DNA from: a virus
IMG/VR virus record: IMGVR_UViG_3300034374_005666
Span: 1 to 64,000 of that record
Length of the DNA: 64,000 bases
Strand: one strand, 5' to 3'
In this document: piece after piece, positions 49,448-59,285 of the stretch
How positions within the stretch are numbered: the stretch's first letter is position 1
How the letters are laid out: every line of letters begins with the position of its first letter
Position numbers and translations under genes: made by a program
Notes under the pieces: model-generated
Told to the model about the DNA's origin: nothing
Databases searched by the model: none
Seen by the model: only the letters and a program-made list of their open reading frames with translations

Positions 49448-50489
49448 ATCCTGTTGTTAATTCTGTAATTACTGAATACATAATGTCATGTGCTTTTCTG
49501 AATTTCTGTTGCCATTGATCCAGATAGTAGCTTAGTTTAGATAGTACATCCAGTTGATGCCCATCAGTCTCAAAAAACTCATCATAGAAATAATCAAAGC
49601 CTTCTACCATAGCCTGAATGAACTTATCTTTTTCTTGAGTAGACTTATTAATTTCTTCAAGTGCTTTATAAATAGTACCATCATAATCTAAATCACCCTT
49701 AAGATATTTGGCAATAAAGATAGCTTCATTAGAAGTATTGTAAGGGCGTAAGTCAGATGCTACGTTATCCCAAGTCCATGCTGAACTAACAAACTCTTTT
49801 GGACTATTAAAACCAACGACCTTCTTAGGCTTAGCATCTTCTATAATCTTATCTGTTCTATCTTTAAACCATTTCTCTACTTCAGGTTCATAAGTATAAA
49901 TATCACAATCATAATGTTCCAGTACAGTCTCTTTGATAGTTTGTGTAAAAGGCAATCTTAATTTACCTTTCATACCCATTAAATTTCTACTACCATGAAT
50001 TTTATACTCTTGCTCTACATGTATACCTACTTTAGCTACTATATCAGTAGCATTGTTAACTACCATGCTTAAATAAAATTGATGATTTTCGCAATTATCT
50101 GCAAGCTCTGACATATCAGTCTGACTGAAATAGGAATTCATACTGTGATGGCTGTGTATCATACCCTGTCGCATGTTCATACACTCTGGATGTTGCATCA
50201 TAAATTGCATAACATCTTCGTTGTATTCAAAACCTGTAGCAGCTGTAGTATCTTTAGACATAGGATAAACAAACTCAGCTGTCATTTCCAGATTCTCTGA
50301 TTCTATGTCTCCTTTATCTACTGTATAGAATAAAATACCAGACCATTCTACTTTAGAAATTCTTGAGCATAAATACTTGATCTGGTTCAGACATTTGTCT
50401 GATACTGTCAATGAAAAGCGTTGCTTCTTGCTGACTTGCTTTAATGCTTTCTTCTGAGATTTGCTCTCGAAGCTTTTTACTGAGTTCAT
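49434..50489 (-). CDS. JAB/MPN+ metallopeptidase (prokaryotic deubiquitinase-like)
   Basis: EWSG...IHSHHSMNSYFSQTD (E...HxH-x7-S-x2-D). Confidence 0.85.
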   Translation of the reverse strand: MNSVKSFESKSQKKALKQVSKKQRFSLTVSDKCLNQIKYLCSRISKVEWSGILFYTVDKGDIESENLEMTAEFVYPMSKDTTAATGFEYNEDVMQFMMQHPECMNMRQGMIHSHHSMNSYFSQTDMSELADNCENHQFYLSMVVNNATDIVAKVGIHVEQEYKIHGSRNLMGMKGKLRLPFTQTIKETVLEHYDCDIYTYEPEVEKWFKDRTDKIIEDAKPKKVVGFNSPKEFVSSAWTWDNVASDLRPYNTSNEAIFIAKYLKGDLDYDGTIYKALEEINKSTQEKDKFIQAMVEGFDYFYDEFFETDGHQLDVLSKLSYYLDQWQQKFRKAHDIMYSVITELTTGYEPR

Positions 50490-51267
50490 TACTGATTATT
50501 TTAAATATAGATGGATTAATACGTAGGCTGCCTTCCTCTGGCTTAACACTTGTTTCCTGCTGATATATTTGTCCTTGTACAGGTTTTCCTTTAAACCATA
50601 ATACTACAAATGGGTCAAGTACTACTTTAGAAGTAGCATAATTAAATGCTACATACTCTCCATTAATATAATGGCATGTAGGGGCTGAACCTTCATAGAT
50701 TTCAAGTAGTAAATCATGGTTATGTTTATTATCTACCAGTTGATAATCCTTGTCAAATATAAGTTTTTGTATTTGAGGATAGTCGTATAGAGTGTCTCTA
50801 AGCTGTGGAAAATAAGAATACTCAGGAGGAGTAGTAATAGGAAAAACATTCTCTATTCTGGTATATGGGTTACTGTCATCCTGATAAGTCAGAAAGTAAC
50901 GCAAGTGCATTAGAAAAGCATACATTTCATCTTCTGTAACTCCTGAATTTACCTGAGCGTACTGCATACTAAATGCCCCATCGCCTTTACAAAAATCTTC
51001 AAACTCTATAGCATTAATTCTACGAGTAGGTAAATGTGGATGAGTAAAACTTGTATACCATTCTATATTAGACTGAATAGTCCTAATGCCTTGAAGATTT
51101 CTCAAATAATGCTTATCCTCTTGAGTATAATAATTAAGCCGTAAGTACATACCTTTAATAAGATGTTTATCTCCTCTTTTATTATGTACATAAAAATCAT
51201 CCAGTTCTATTGTATACTCACTACCATTTTCATCTACATTATCTTCTCCAAAAAATTCTTCAATCAT
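50353..51267 (-). CDS. putative prokaryotic E2-like protein
   Basis: FTHPHL...FCKG (HPH followed by Cys), located between Ubl and JAB. Confidence 0.55.
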   Translation of the reverse strand: MIEEFFGEDNVDENGSEYTIELDDFYVHNKRGDKHLIKGMYLRLNYYTQEDKHYLRNLQGIRTIQSNIEWYTSFTHPHLPTRRINAIEFEDFCKGDGAFSMQYAQVNSGVTEDEMYAFLMHLRYFLTYQDDSNPYTRIENVFPITTPPEYSYFPQLRDTLYDYPQIQKLIFDKDYQLVDNKHNHDLLLEIYEGSAPTCHYINGEYVAFNYATSKVVLDPFVVLWFKGKPVQGQIYQQETSVKPEEGSLRINPSIFKIISNELSKKLREQISEESIKASQQEATLFIDSIRQMSEPDQVFMLKNF

Positions 51268-51281
51268 GTTTTCACTTATTT

Positions 51282-51310
51282 AAAATAAGCAGAGGCTGTT
51301 ACACCTCTGC
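51282..51310 (-). terminator. hairpin between Ubl and E2 genes
   Basis: GCAGAGG-x8-CCTCTGC followed by TTATTTT on the - strand. Confidence 0.55.
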
Positions 51311-51331
51311 CTAATATTTTATAAGAAATTC

Positions 51332-51874
51332 TTAGCAAGAAAGCTCATCATGTGCTGAACAAATCTCTTCTGCCCAAGCTTCTTCCTCTGTACGCTCATC
51401 TGTAGACATGCCAATAACTTTCTCAATAATAGTAGGATCTACTCCACATGCACGAAGTTTCTCTTCAAGAGTAGCTGGAGTTGTTTGCTCAGTATCATAC
51501 TGGTCAACATAGCTTTCCAAATCTTCAGTACTAATGTTAGTGTAGTGACGCCCTGCCTGCTCATTAAAGAAGTTATTGACAGCCTCTTTTCCATCACGCT
51601 GAATAAACTCTTTAATACGAGTATACAAATCTGTACGCAAGCTGCCTGCTTTAGTTTTCTTTGGAAACAAGCCCAAGATAAAATCTCCTTCAGGTAGAGC
51701 TGAGTTGTTAAGCTCAAGGCTTGTATTGTTGACAGACTCAATAGCTTTCAGAGAGCTGTTGAACTCAATGTCATTAGCATCCAGAACTTCTTTCAACTCT
51801 CCAAATGTGGTTACATCTGTCTGGATAGGAGTAGTTGATCCATTGCGAGTGGAAAATACTTTAATAGTACGCAT
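51332..51874 (-). CDS. ubiquitin-like (beta-grasp) protein with C-terminal extension
   Basis: N-terminal 77 aa (RTIKVF...TTFGELK...LPEGDFILGLFPKKTKAG) end in Gly, followed by an acidic extension. Confidence 0.65.
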   Translation of the reverse strand: MRTIKVFSTRNGSTTPIQTDVTTFGELKEVLDANDIEFNSSLKAIESVNNTSLELNNSALPEGDFILGLFPKKTKAGSLRTDLYTRIKEFIQRDGKEAVNNFFNEQAGRHYTNISTEDLESYVDQYDTEQTTPATLEEKLRACGVDPTIIEKVIGMSTDERTEEEAWAEEICSAHDELSC

Positions 51875-51901
51875 TGTGTAAATAATTTAATTAATTAAAT
51901 A

Positions 51902-52582
51902 TTAAAACCACTTGATAGTGGTCTGATCTATGTTATAGGTAATCTCATCTATGCTCTTAAACATCTCACTCTTAGTGAAATCTAAATGAGCAGGTACATT
52001 ACCTCTTTGTTTAGCATATACAGTAGCTGCTGGATGGCAGTAATTCAGTATGTAATTTCTAGCTGATACATGCTTGTTTAATTCTTGGGCATCTTTACCT
52101 AAGAATACAAACACTATACTGTTAAACAACCTATCTAATTCAACTATAACTGACTCTGTAAATGTATTCCATATATGCATGTGTGACCTGGCTTCTCCAA
52201 ATGGAGTACAAGTCAATGACTTGTTTAATAAGAATACACCTTGGTCTAACCAATCAGATATTCTGGTACACTCTGATCTAATATCATTGTAGTCATTCCA
52301 TAAACATTCTCTGATTATCTCTAAACTAGGTCTATCGTAGCCTTTAGGTACATCAAATGGTATACCTGTAGCTAATGCTCTACCATCTGCAAGCACTGTA
52401 TTGTATGGAGCCAGACCTACTATAACTACACGTATAGACTTTGGACTAATAGAAAAGCCCCTAAATATATCAGAGGCTTCTGGAACAAAAGAAACTGTAC
52501 TTAGCTTCTCTCGTATATTATCTATATCAGACCATATATTTAACTCATGCCAATCCTTGTTAACTATCTTTGGTAGACTCAT
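51902..52582 (-). CDS. ung: uracil-DNA glycosylase family 1-like (atypical motif A)
   Basis: VVIVGLAPY, ATGIPF, PSL, QGVFLLN, FLGKDA, HPA. Confidence 0.8.
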   Translation of the reverse strand: MSLPKIVNKDWHELNIWSDIDNIREKLSTVSFVPEASDIFRGFSISPKSIRVVIVGLAPYNTVLADGRALATGIPFDVPKGYDRPSLEIIRECLWNDYNDIRSECTRISDWLDQGVFLLNKSLTCTPFGEARSHMHIWNTFTESVIVELDRLFNSIVFVFLGKDAQELNKHVSARNYILNYCHPAATVYAKQRGNVPAHLDFTKSEMFKSIDEITYNIDQTTIKWF

Positions 52583-52727
52583 CTGGTTTCTTTATACGTT
52601 TGAGCTTAAGCCTTTTGAATTTAGACTCTGTATCTCGAATAATCTTGTTAGCTCCATTATCTGGATTGCAGGTAGGACAGTTAAGAAGCTTATGTGCTCT
52701 GCACTTACCACTAATTTTGAATTTCAT
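52560..52727 (-). CDS. small putative zinc-finger protein (55 aa, not in ORF track)
   Basis: MKFKISGKCRAHKLLNCPTC..., pattern CxxH-x4-CxxC. Confidence 0.45.
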   Translation of the reverse strand: MKFKISGKCRAHKLLNCPTCNPDNGANKIIRDTESKFKRLKLKRIKKPDESTKDS

Positions 52728-53148
52728 ACCCTTTGATTAGTTTTTTGTCTAAAGTATATTCTACCTTAATGTACTCTTTTACCTTACTGTCAAACATTAC
52801 GTAGCAAGAACAGTCTTTAGTATAAAAAATATTTCTTTCTCCAGGCTCTGTTATAATACGTCCTACAAACCAAAAAAGCTTATCTTTTAAATAACTTCTT
52901 CTTACTTCTTCTACAGTAGTAGCTATATGACAAAAAGATCCACTACCAAAATCAAGTTTATACAGTCTGTCTTTACGTAAGTCTCCTTTAAAATATTCAG
53001 GCTTTACTCTGTAAATATAGTGATCCAGCCATAGTTTATTGTTGTCTTTTATAGTATACCATCTGTCATTTTCAAAGTATTGAACTTCAGCTCCATTAGC
53101 CCAAGCTTCAATTACATCTTTGTATTTATTATAAGTTTCTCTTGTCAT
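52711..53148 (-). CDS. hypothetical phage protein
   Basis: IEAWANGAEVQY...YRVKP, a recurrent phage pattern. Confidence 0.6.
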   Translation of the reverse strand: MTRETYNKYKDVIEAWANGAEVQYFENDRWYTIKDNNKLWLDHYIYRVKPEYFKGDLRKDRLYKLDFGSGSFCHIATTVEEVRRSYLKDKLFWFVGRIITEPGERNIFYTKDCSCYVMFDSKVKEYIKVEYTLDKKLIKGYEIQN

Positions 53149-54149
53149 TTTACTCCCATGTTTTGTAATTCATTAACCATATGACTGTAGCTATAATTTT
53201 TAACTACATCTGCTGAATCTTTGATGCTTTTATCATCATACCATATAGGTATGTATCCATTGTCAAAACCATTAGCATATTCAGCCAGATTGTTACTGGC
53301 TTTAATACCTGCTTCATCATTGTCAAATAAGATGAACTTTGTTCTGTATTGTTGGAGTTGTATCAGTCTGTCAAAAGGTATTCTGCAACCTTCATTCTGT
53401 AACCATATAGTATTATATCCAGCATTCTTGAGTACTCTCCAATCTTTGTAGCTTTTAGTAATAAGCAATTGGTCATCCGAACCAAGGTCATCTATACCAC
53501 CAATATCTTCTTCTGTACAGGTAGACAGCCATTTTAGTTTATGGTAAGGGTTATAAACTTTGACATGATTGTTTACATGTATAGCATAGCTTGGGCTAGT
53601 CTGTAAACTGCTAAGGACATCTGGATTGTTCTTTGTATTATAGAGTATGCTTTTACAACTGGCTACTCTGTCTTCACGTAGATTTTGCTCAGATATACCA
53701 TATGGTGACCAAAAGAGTTTGTCTTCTTTAATATATGCTATTCTATTCCCTACAGTCCAAGGTATATAATCCAGATAGAAGTTAAACTTTGGCTTTTTAC
53801 TTTGTTCAATACGAACATTAGGTAACTCGCCTTTATGAAAGTTATCTAGTATATATAAACAAGCATCATAGAACTCTATAGACTCTCTGTACATGATTGC
53901 ATCAAATATAGACATACCATGAAAGAATCTATCTCCAAAGTCATAAAGAACAACTAAGTTGTCATTCGACCACTTGAAATCACACCATACATTAGGATGA
54001 GAATCAGTCCGAAGTGGATTACAAAAGCGTTGTCCACTACTAACCCTAAAACCAAGAAACCAACTCCATAAATCAAACTGGTCTGTATACTGAATAATCT
54101 GCTTATAATCAACATGCCTGCGTTTCTTATCAAATATTTTACCATACAT
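53145..54149 (-). CDS. DNA primase (DnaG-like TOPRIM)
   Basis: NPLRTDSHP, DFG, ITKSYKD, FDNDEAG, KDSAD. Confidence 0.85.
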   Translation of the reverse strand: MYGKIFDKKRRHVDYKQIIQYTDQFDLWSWFLGFRVSSGQRFCNPLRTDSHPNVWCDFKWSNDNLVVLYDFGDRFFHGMSIFDAIMYRESIEFYDACLYILDNFHKGELPNVRIEQSKKPKFNFYLDYIPWTVGNRIAYIKEDKLFWSPYGISEQNLREDRVASCKSILYNTKNNPDVLSSLQTSPSYAIHVNNHVKVYNPYHKLKWLSTCTEEDIGGIDDLGSDDQLLITKSYKDWRVLKNAGYNTIWLQNEGCRIPFDRLIQLQQYRTKFILFDNDEAGIKASNNLAEYANGFDNGYIPIWYDDKSIKDSADVVKNYSYSHMVNELQNMGVK

Positions 54150-54168
54150 AGATTTAGAGTCTGAATAT

Positions 54169-54201
54169 AAAAAAAAGGGAGCTACTAATATAGTAACTCC
54201 C
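54169..54201 (-). terminator. Rho-independent terminator
   Basis: GGGAGTTACTA...TAGTAGCTCCC + T8 on the - strand. Confidence 0.75.
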
Positions 54202-54224
54202 TTTAAATAAACAATAGCTCTAAT

Positions 54225-54815
54225 CTACCATTCTACAGGCTTAGTAGGTTTTTCTGTTGCTTCTGAATTAACCTTGTGTACTTTAACTTTATCAGAAACT
54301 GTCAAGTCTTTCTGTCCATTAATGGAGAAGAAGTGTCCTGTAATCCACATATAGCGTGGCATTTCAAGATAACCTCCATTATTGTAGCCAAGAATAACTT
54401 GTCCAGGCTTGCTGTCAAAGTCTTCAGGAAGCTTGTCTGTCAAAGCATTAATGTATGCCTCAAAGCTATCTGCTGTAACAGACTCAAACTCTTCCTCTGA
54501 CATAAAGTTAGTAAAGATGTGCTTTACTCTGCTGTTAAATTCACCATAGGTACGCTCTGTAGCTTCCTGTATAGACTCTTCACGAGTTTCTCCTGTATTA
54601 CGATCACGCAAGCTACGTGGACGAATACTGTTAGGATTGACAGGAAACATACGATCTCTATACTCTTGACCATTCTTTACAATAACCAAGTCAAGAACTT
54701 GACCTGTGTAGTTTGGAGAGTCTACATTTACCAAGCCAAGTGTTTTGACATTATCAAAATCATTGATACCTGGTTTCCATACTGGTGTGTTGTCTGTGAA
54801 TACTTTTCCGTACAT
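54225..54815 (-). CDS. putative ssDNA-binding protein
   Basis: Position between ATPase and primase; short flexible tail ending in an aromatic residue (PVEW). Confidence 0.45.
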   Translation of the reverse strand: MYGKVFTDNTPVWKPGINDFDNVKTLGLVNVDSPNYTGQVLDLVIVKNGQEYRDRMFPVNPNSIRPRSLRDRNTGETREESIQEATERTYGEFNSRVKHIFTNFMSEEEFESVTADSFEAYINALTDKLPEDFDSKPGQVILGYNNGGYLEMPRYMWITGHFFSINGQKDLTVSDKVKVHKVNSEATEKPTKPVEW

Positions 54816-55294
54816 TATGCAAATACATTTTGTTCGTTAATAATTTCTTCTGCTGCGTCATATGCCTGAGCTTCATAGCGTTCTGCTTCAAGAGCATTGA
54901 CAAGCTCATAGACATTTTCTTGATACTCAGTAAAGAATAAATCCTGCTCTCCATTGAGCCATGACAGACTATTGTGAATCCATGTAGCTACTGGCTTGGA
55001 AGCAGCCTTACGTACTCTACCTAGTTCTGTAGTCTGATCTGTTTTACCAATAGACAGTGCGCGTGGCTTAGTGCCTTCTGGTAGTTCAGGTACTACTGTA
55101 GCAAACAGCCTGTCATCCTCAATAGCAAATACCAGATAGTTCTCTGGAGTAAGCTGTAGAATGTCAATAAGTGCTTGATTAAATTCAAAGGTTGCTCTTG
55201 AACCTTGTACTTCAGGTACACGTAGTGCAGGCTGAGTGTACTTTTCCCGAACTGAGCTAGTTCGTCCTTTCTCTGGAAAGAAATTCAAATCCAT
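54815..55294 (-). CDS. hypothetical protein
   Basis: 159-aa ORF coupled to the next gene. Confidence 0.6.
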   Translation of the reverse strand: MDLNFFPEKGRTSSVREKYTQPALRVPEVQGSRATFEFNQALIDILQLTPENYLVFAIEDDRLFATVVPELPEGTKPRALSIGKTDQTTELGRVRKAASKPVATWIHNSLSWLNGEQDLFFTEYQENVYELVNALEAERYEAQAYDAAEEIINEQNVFA

Positions 55295-55334
55295 AGTTTA
55301 AATATATATTTAGTTGATTAAAAACCGTGGGTTA

Positions 55335-55342
55335 CAAAGATA
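55335..55342 (-). promoter_or_regulatory. Bacteroidetes -7 promoter element
   Basis: TATCTTTG on the - strand upstream of 55294. Confidence 0.5.
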
Positions 55343-55343
55343 G

Positions 55344-56042
55344 TTAATACTCGTCTAACTTCTTCAAAATAAAGCTGAAATCATTAGGAATAAGCTCGTC
55401 TTCAAATAAGCCTTCCATAGTACGACAAGTATCAGAACCTGAGTTCTTTGTTCTAAAATAATACTTGGTTTCTGTTTTATCTTTTACCACATGAGTATAA
55501 AGAGTATTCTCGAATAAGCCTTCTACTGATAGATTACGTGCTAAGTTACCGAGTATCTTCAGACGATATCTTACTTCACCATTAGGAGCTTTATACTCTT
55601 CTGTATGACCGATAACAAAAGCTACTGGATTTTCACTAAAAGCTGCTCTACCTTTAGACTGAATGTCGTTTAGTATTTGCTGATAACTTGAAGGGATCAT
55701 TTGGTGTGCAGTTGGCTTAGTCTTAGTACCAAATATTTGTTTACCTCCACGCCAAGTAGGATTTTTTGCATCTGAGTTATACCACATACATTCTCCTTCT
55801 TTTAGAGTAGAAATACCAAAACTTTTACCAGAACCAAAATCACCAAGAACTGCTATCTCAGTAAATCCAAGTTTCTGTAAGCTTTTAATAAAATTATACA
55901 ACTCTACCCCGTAGTTACGCCATTTGTCGAAATTAGGTTTAGAGCTTTCTGCACTGTATTGTGCGTCTTGAATACCGTTTAGAGTATCCACTACAATTGC
56001 TTTGTAAGGCATGTTAAAGTTCAATTTCTTTAAATTCATCAA
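55344..56042 (-). CDS. AAA_24/Sak4-like P-loop ATPase with rearranged motif order
   Basis: IVVDT and FDKW precede GDFGSGKS; then IGH, EGLF and RTMEGLF...IPND. Confidence 0.75.
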   Translation of the reverse strand: MMNLKKLNFNMPYKAIVVDTLNGIQDAQYSAESSKPNFDKWRNYGVELYNFIKSLQKLGFTEIAVLGDFGSGKSFGISTLKEGECMWYNSDAKNPTWRGGKQIFGTKTKPTAHQMIPSSYQQILNDIQSKGRAAFSENPVAFVIGHTEEYKAPNGEVRYRLKILGNLARNLSVEGLFENTLYTHVVKDKTETKYYFRTKNSGSDTCRTMEGLFEDELIPNDFSFILKKLDEY

Positions 56043-57066
56043 TTACGAAGTTGCAAGCTAAAGGTATCTCTCTATCCTCTACTGCACCTTCGCGTGTTTT
56101 AAGTACGCTCAGTGATCTGAAACTAAAGCCTAATTCATCAAGAATTAAACCTCCATATTCTTTCTCACCTACACGTTTTGGATCAAATAAGCCAAATGCT
56201 AAAGTAGCATCTTCTTGCGTTAGTTTACACTTAGCAAGAGTGGCTAAACTAGGCTTCATCTTTTCAAGTATCGTACTGCCTTTATAAGTAGTCTCTACTT
56301 TTTCTTTGTCTGAAACTTGTTGCTGCACAAGTACATTAATAGTACCACACTTAAGACCAAGGCGTGATCTCATATATACATTGCTAAACATTTTAAGTGT
56401 CTCATATTGAGACATACTTTGTCCCTGTATATGTTCACCTGGATATTTGTCTATAGTGTCACTAATACATATAACCAGTCGTGTAGGATCATCAGGTATA
56501 TATGTAGACCACATTTCTCCTCTATCTACTTCTTTACCTTCGTGCACAAACTTGCCTACTGTAGCTAGATAATCTCTGCAATGTTTATAGAAACCTGTAG
56601 CTGATGGTATTTGTACTACTTCTAAATCACTGTATTTAGACTCAGCTATTTCTACACATTCTGACACTCTCTTCATTGTTAAGTCATCAAGAGACTTTTC
56701 TCTGTAATTATTGAGAGTGTAATAGTCCAAACTTGTATTGTACTTTCTATAGTATATCTCTGCAATAAGTGTACTTGCTACTTTCTCTGCTGGTTCTTCT
56801 AAACTATTTAGTATAATCTTTACAGGCATATTATGCTCATTAGCGTATTTAAGTACATCTTTTACAAATACTTTTCTTGTAAATCTGGACTTACCTACAC
56901 CTGAACTGGCAGTAACTAATACTTGTTCACCTCTAACTATACCTGGTATGTACTGAGATAGTTTATTACTAAATGTCCAAGGTATAATAACTGGTTTACC
57001 TGAGTCTATAGACTGCTTATTAGCCAGTGACTGCTGATAAAAAGATTTGTATATACTCATAACCAT
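56014..57066 (-). CDS. DnaB-like replicative helicase
   Basis: ASSGVGKS Walker A, SLE, ISD, VQQQ and LKTREG motifs. Confidence 0.8.
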   Translation of the reverse strand: MVMSIYKSFYQQSLANKQSIDSGKPVIIPWTFSNKLSQYIPGIVRGEQVLVTASSGVGKSRFTRKVFVKDVLKYANEHNMPVKIILNSLEEPAEKVASTLIAEIYYRKYNTSLDYYTLNNYREKSLDDLTMKRVSECVEIAESKYSDLEVVQIPSATGFYKHCRDYLATVGKFVHEGKEVDRGEMWSTYIPDDPTRLVICISDTIDKYPGEHIQGQSMSQYETLKMFSNVYMRSRLGLKCGTINVLVQQQVSDKEKVETTYKGSTILEKMKPSLATLAKCKLTQEDATLAFGLFDPKRVGEKEYGGLILDELGFSFRSLSVLKTREGAVEDREIPLACNFVIDEFKEIEL

Positions 57067-57521
57067 TTTACACTAGAACGTTCACTACTGTCCTCTACAA
57101 TAGCTGCTAAATGTGATTTATCATTCTTATCCAGAATGAAATTATCACACTTTAAAAGGTATTGTTTGTCTGTTGAATCTACGTATTCTTTTGCTGCTAG
57201 ACAACACTGCTCAAATGTAATGTTATACCTTTTCATAACAGCTCTAAGTAACTTTTCTACTACATCTTTAGTTGAAGCATACCCAGTTCTACCTGAATAA
57301 GCTTTCATCCAATACTTTCTAAACTTATCTATATCTATAATATCTCCTTCAGGCACATATCTCAATCTGCACTGTTTATCATAGTCAAGAACTAATAATC
57401 CTTCTCCATACAATTCAGAACTTACTCTTTGAATAAGTTCATGTTTATCTGGATGTGCCCATGTCTTGTAATCCAAATCGTATTCAACCAATGCAATAAC
57501 AAATTTCTGTTCATCATTCAT
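57057..57521 (-). CDS. hypothetical protein (possible helicase loader/initiator)
   Basis: 154 aa directly upstream of DnaB. Confidence 0.5.
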   Translation of the reverse strand: MNDEQKFVIALVEYDLDYKTWAHPDKHELIQRVSSELYGEGLLVLDYDKQCRLRYVPEGDIIDIDKFRKYWMKAYSGRTGYASTKDVVEKLLRAVMKRYNITFEQCCLAAKEYVDSTDKQYLLKCDNFILDKNDKSHLAAIVEDSSERSSVKWL

Positions 57522-57559
57522 AGTTTATTCAATTTCAATGATTGCTGCACCAATGTACA

Positions 57560-57775
57560 TTATTCTTTGTTTTTGTAATAGTGATTAAGCACCCTTCTGG
57601 ATGATTTGATTTTCTTTTGTTTCTTTTCTTCTCTGAGCTGTTCTATCCATTGTTTTGCTCTTTTCAGTGCAAACTCTGGAAAATAGAATGGAGTAGCTGT
57701 TTTATGGATAATTTCTCCATCATTCTCAACTACTCCATAGTACATGTCATTCTTCTTTTCTGTCTTTGCTTCCAT
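57560..57775 (-). CDS. hypothetical protein
   Basis: 71-aa ORF. Confidence 0.5.
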   Translation of the reverse strand: MEAKTEKKNDMYYGVVENDGEIIHKTATPFYFPEFALKRAKQWIEQLREEKKQKKIKSSRRVLNHYYKNKE

Positions 57776-57870
57776 ATGTAAACAATGCTTGTATAAATGA
57801 TATAATGAAAAATATTGGTATTAGTGCAGGTAAGATAAACAATAGACACCCTCTTTCAGATTTCATAATT

Positions 57871-59160
57871 CTAATTTTGAGACAGCAATACTCTGCTATC
57901 GTAATGTCCAACAATATTCAAGTCATGCTCTTGGATTAATTCTCCACGCATGCCTTTTTCTTTCTTTAACTTATCAAACCATTTTTCTTCAAGAGTACCT
58001 TGGGTGACTATAAAGTACAGATTAGCTACACCTTCAACCCATCTGATTCTAGCTCTACGTTGTTCCATATTATGCCACTTAGAGCTATAGCTGAAGAAGA
58101 TAATATTCTGCACTCCTTCCAATGTAATACCTTGTTTAAGCATTTTACTGGAAGCAATAACAGGTTCTTCTCCACTATTGAATTTTTCAATCAACTCTAG
58201 CGCATTATCTGATCTGACTACAGGGCATATATTCTCTAGTATATCAAGACGTTCACCAAATATGAGTGTCTTACCAGATAGTGTACTCAGTAAAGCTTTT
58301 GTTGTAGCTACTTTGGACTTCAGATTGTACAGAAAGGTAGTTAATTCTCTACCAATAGCCATCTTAAGATACTTTGGTTTACGAAAATCCTTTCTGAAGT
58401 TATCTTTCTTTAGATAATACTCTTGCTCTGTACCTAATGTATCATAGCTCTTCCATATCTTGATTGATCTGTCTTGAGTATCCAGATGGTGATTGATTAT
58501 CCAAGTTTGATACTTAGCAATCATACCTTCTTCAATAGCCTGTTTAGTCTCTACTTTGTATACTACAGGAATATACATAGATAGCAATTGCCCCTTACTA
58601 ATAAACTCTGTAATCTCTCCTCTTTTAGTTTCTGCATCTGTCTGATAAATTGTAAGAAGGTCAGCATTATCCTGTATGTCTTGAGGATATACGTGCTGGT
58701 CTAAAGACATAGCTCCAGTCAATGCAACAACATGCTTACACTTGTTGTTTATTATATTCTCACTATACTTAGCTGACAAGCCATCTTGAATTTCATCTGC
58801 TACCAGTAAACCTATGTTTTCAAAGTTATTAAACTCTTCCACAGGCATAGCTTGATAGCATCTGAACTGAATGTTAAAATCAGCTACAGGGTCTTTATCA
58901 AACAGGCTTTTAAACTTAGGTATTTCATCTTCAAACAATGTCTTTTCACGTACTATAGTCTCTGCCAGAAATACAATAGTATCTCCTTTATTGATCTTTC
59001 CATCTTCCAGCAATCTATATGCAGCCTTCAGGGAAGCTATAGTTTTACCAGCACCAGGAAACAGCATCCATGTACCTACATAGTTATTTTGTACCCAAGC
59101 TTCTACAGCTTGGTCTTGATGGTAATTCAGTCTTTCTATATTTCTTTTCATAGTCTGCAT
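57871..59160 (-). CDS. superfamily 2 helicase
   Basis: Q motif, PGAGKT, DEIQ, LTG, QGI and QRRAR. Confidence 0.85.
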   Translation of the reverse strand: MQTMKRNIERLNYHQDQAVEAWVQNNYVGTWMLFPGAGKTIASLKAAYRLLEDGKINKGDTIVFLAETIVREKTLFEDEIPKFKSLFDKDPVADFNIQFRCYQAMPVEEFNNFENIGLLVADEIQDGLSAKYSENIINNKCKHVVALTGAMSLDQHVYPQDIQDNADLLTIYQTDAETKRGEITEFISKGQLLSMYIPVVYKVETKQAIEEGMIAKYQTWIINHHLDTQDRSIKIWKSYDTLGTEQEYYLKKDNFRKDFRKPKYLKMAIGRELTTFLYNLKSKVATTKALLSTLSGKTLIFGERLDILENICPVVRSDNALELIEKFNSGEEPVIASSKMLKQGITLEGVQNIIFFSYSSKWHNMEQRRARIRWVEGVANLYFIVTQGTLEEKWFDKLKKEKGMRGELIQEHDLNIVGHYDSRVLLSQN

Positions 59161-59285
59161 ATTATTCTGTTGCTTAAAGTTAAATCAATTGCTCTATCTG
59201 GAATAGAGTATGCTGTTCTATTGTAATACTTGTATTCATATCTAAATAAAGGATAAAAGAAACAGTAATATTTTAGATATAACAT
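59148..59285 (-). CDS. array micro-ORF A (45 aa)
   Basis: MLYLKYYCFFYPLFRYEYKYYNRTAYSIPDRAIDLTLSNRIICRL*. Confidence 0.75.
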   Translation of the reverse strand: MLYLKYYCFFYPLFRYEYKYYNRTAYSIPDRAIDLTLSNRIICRL

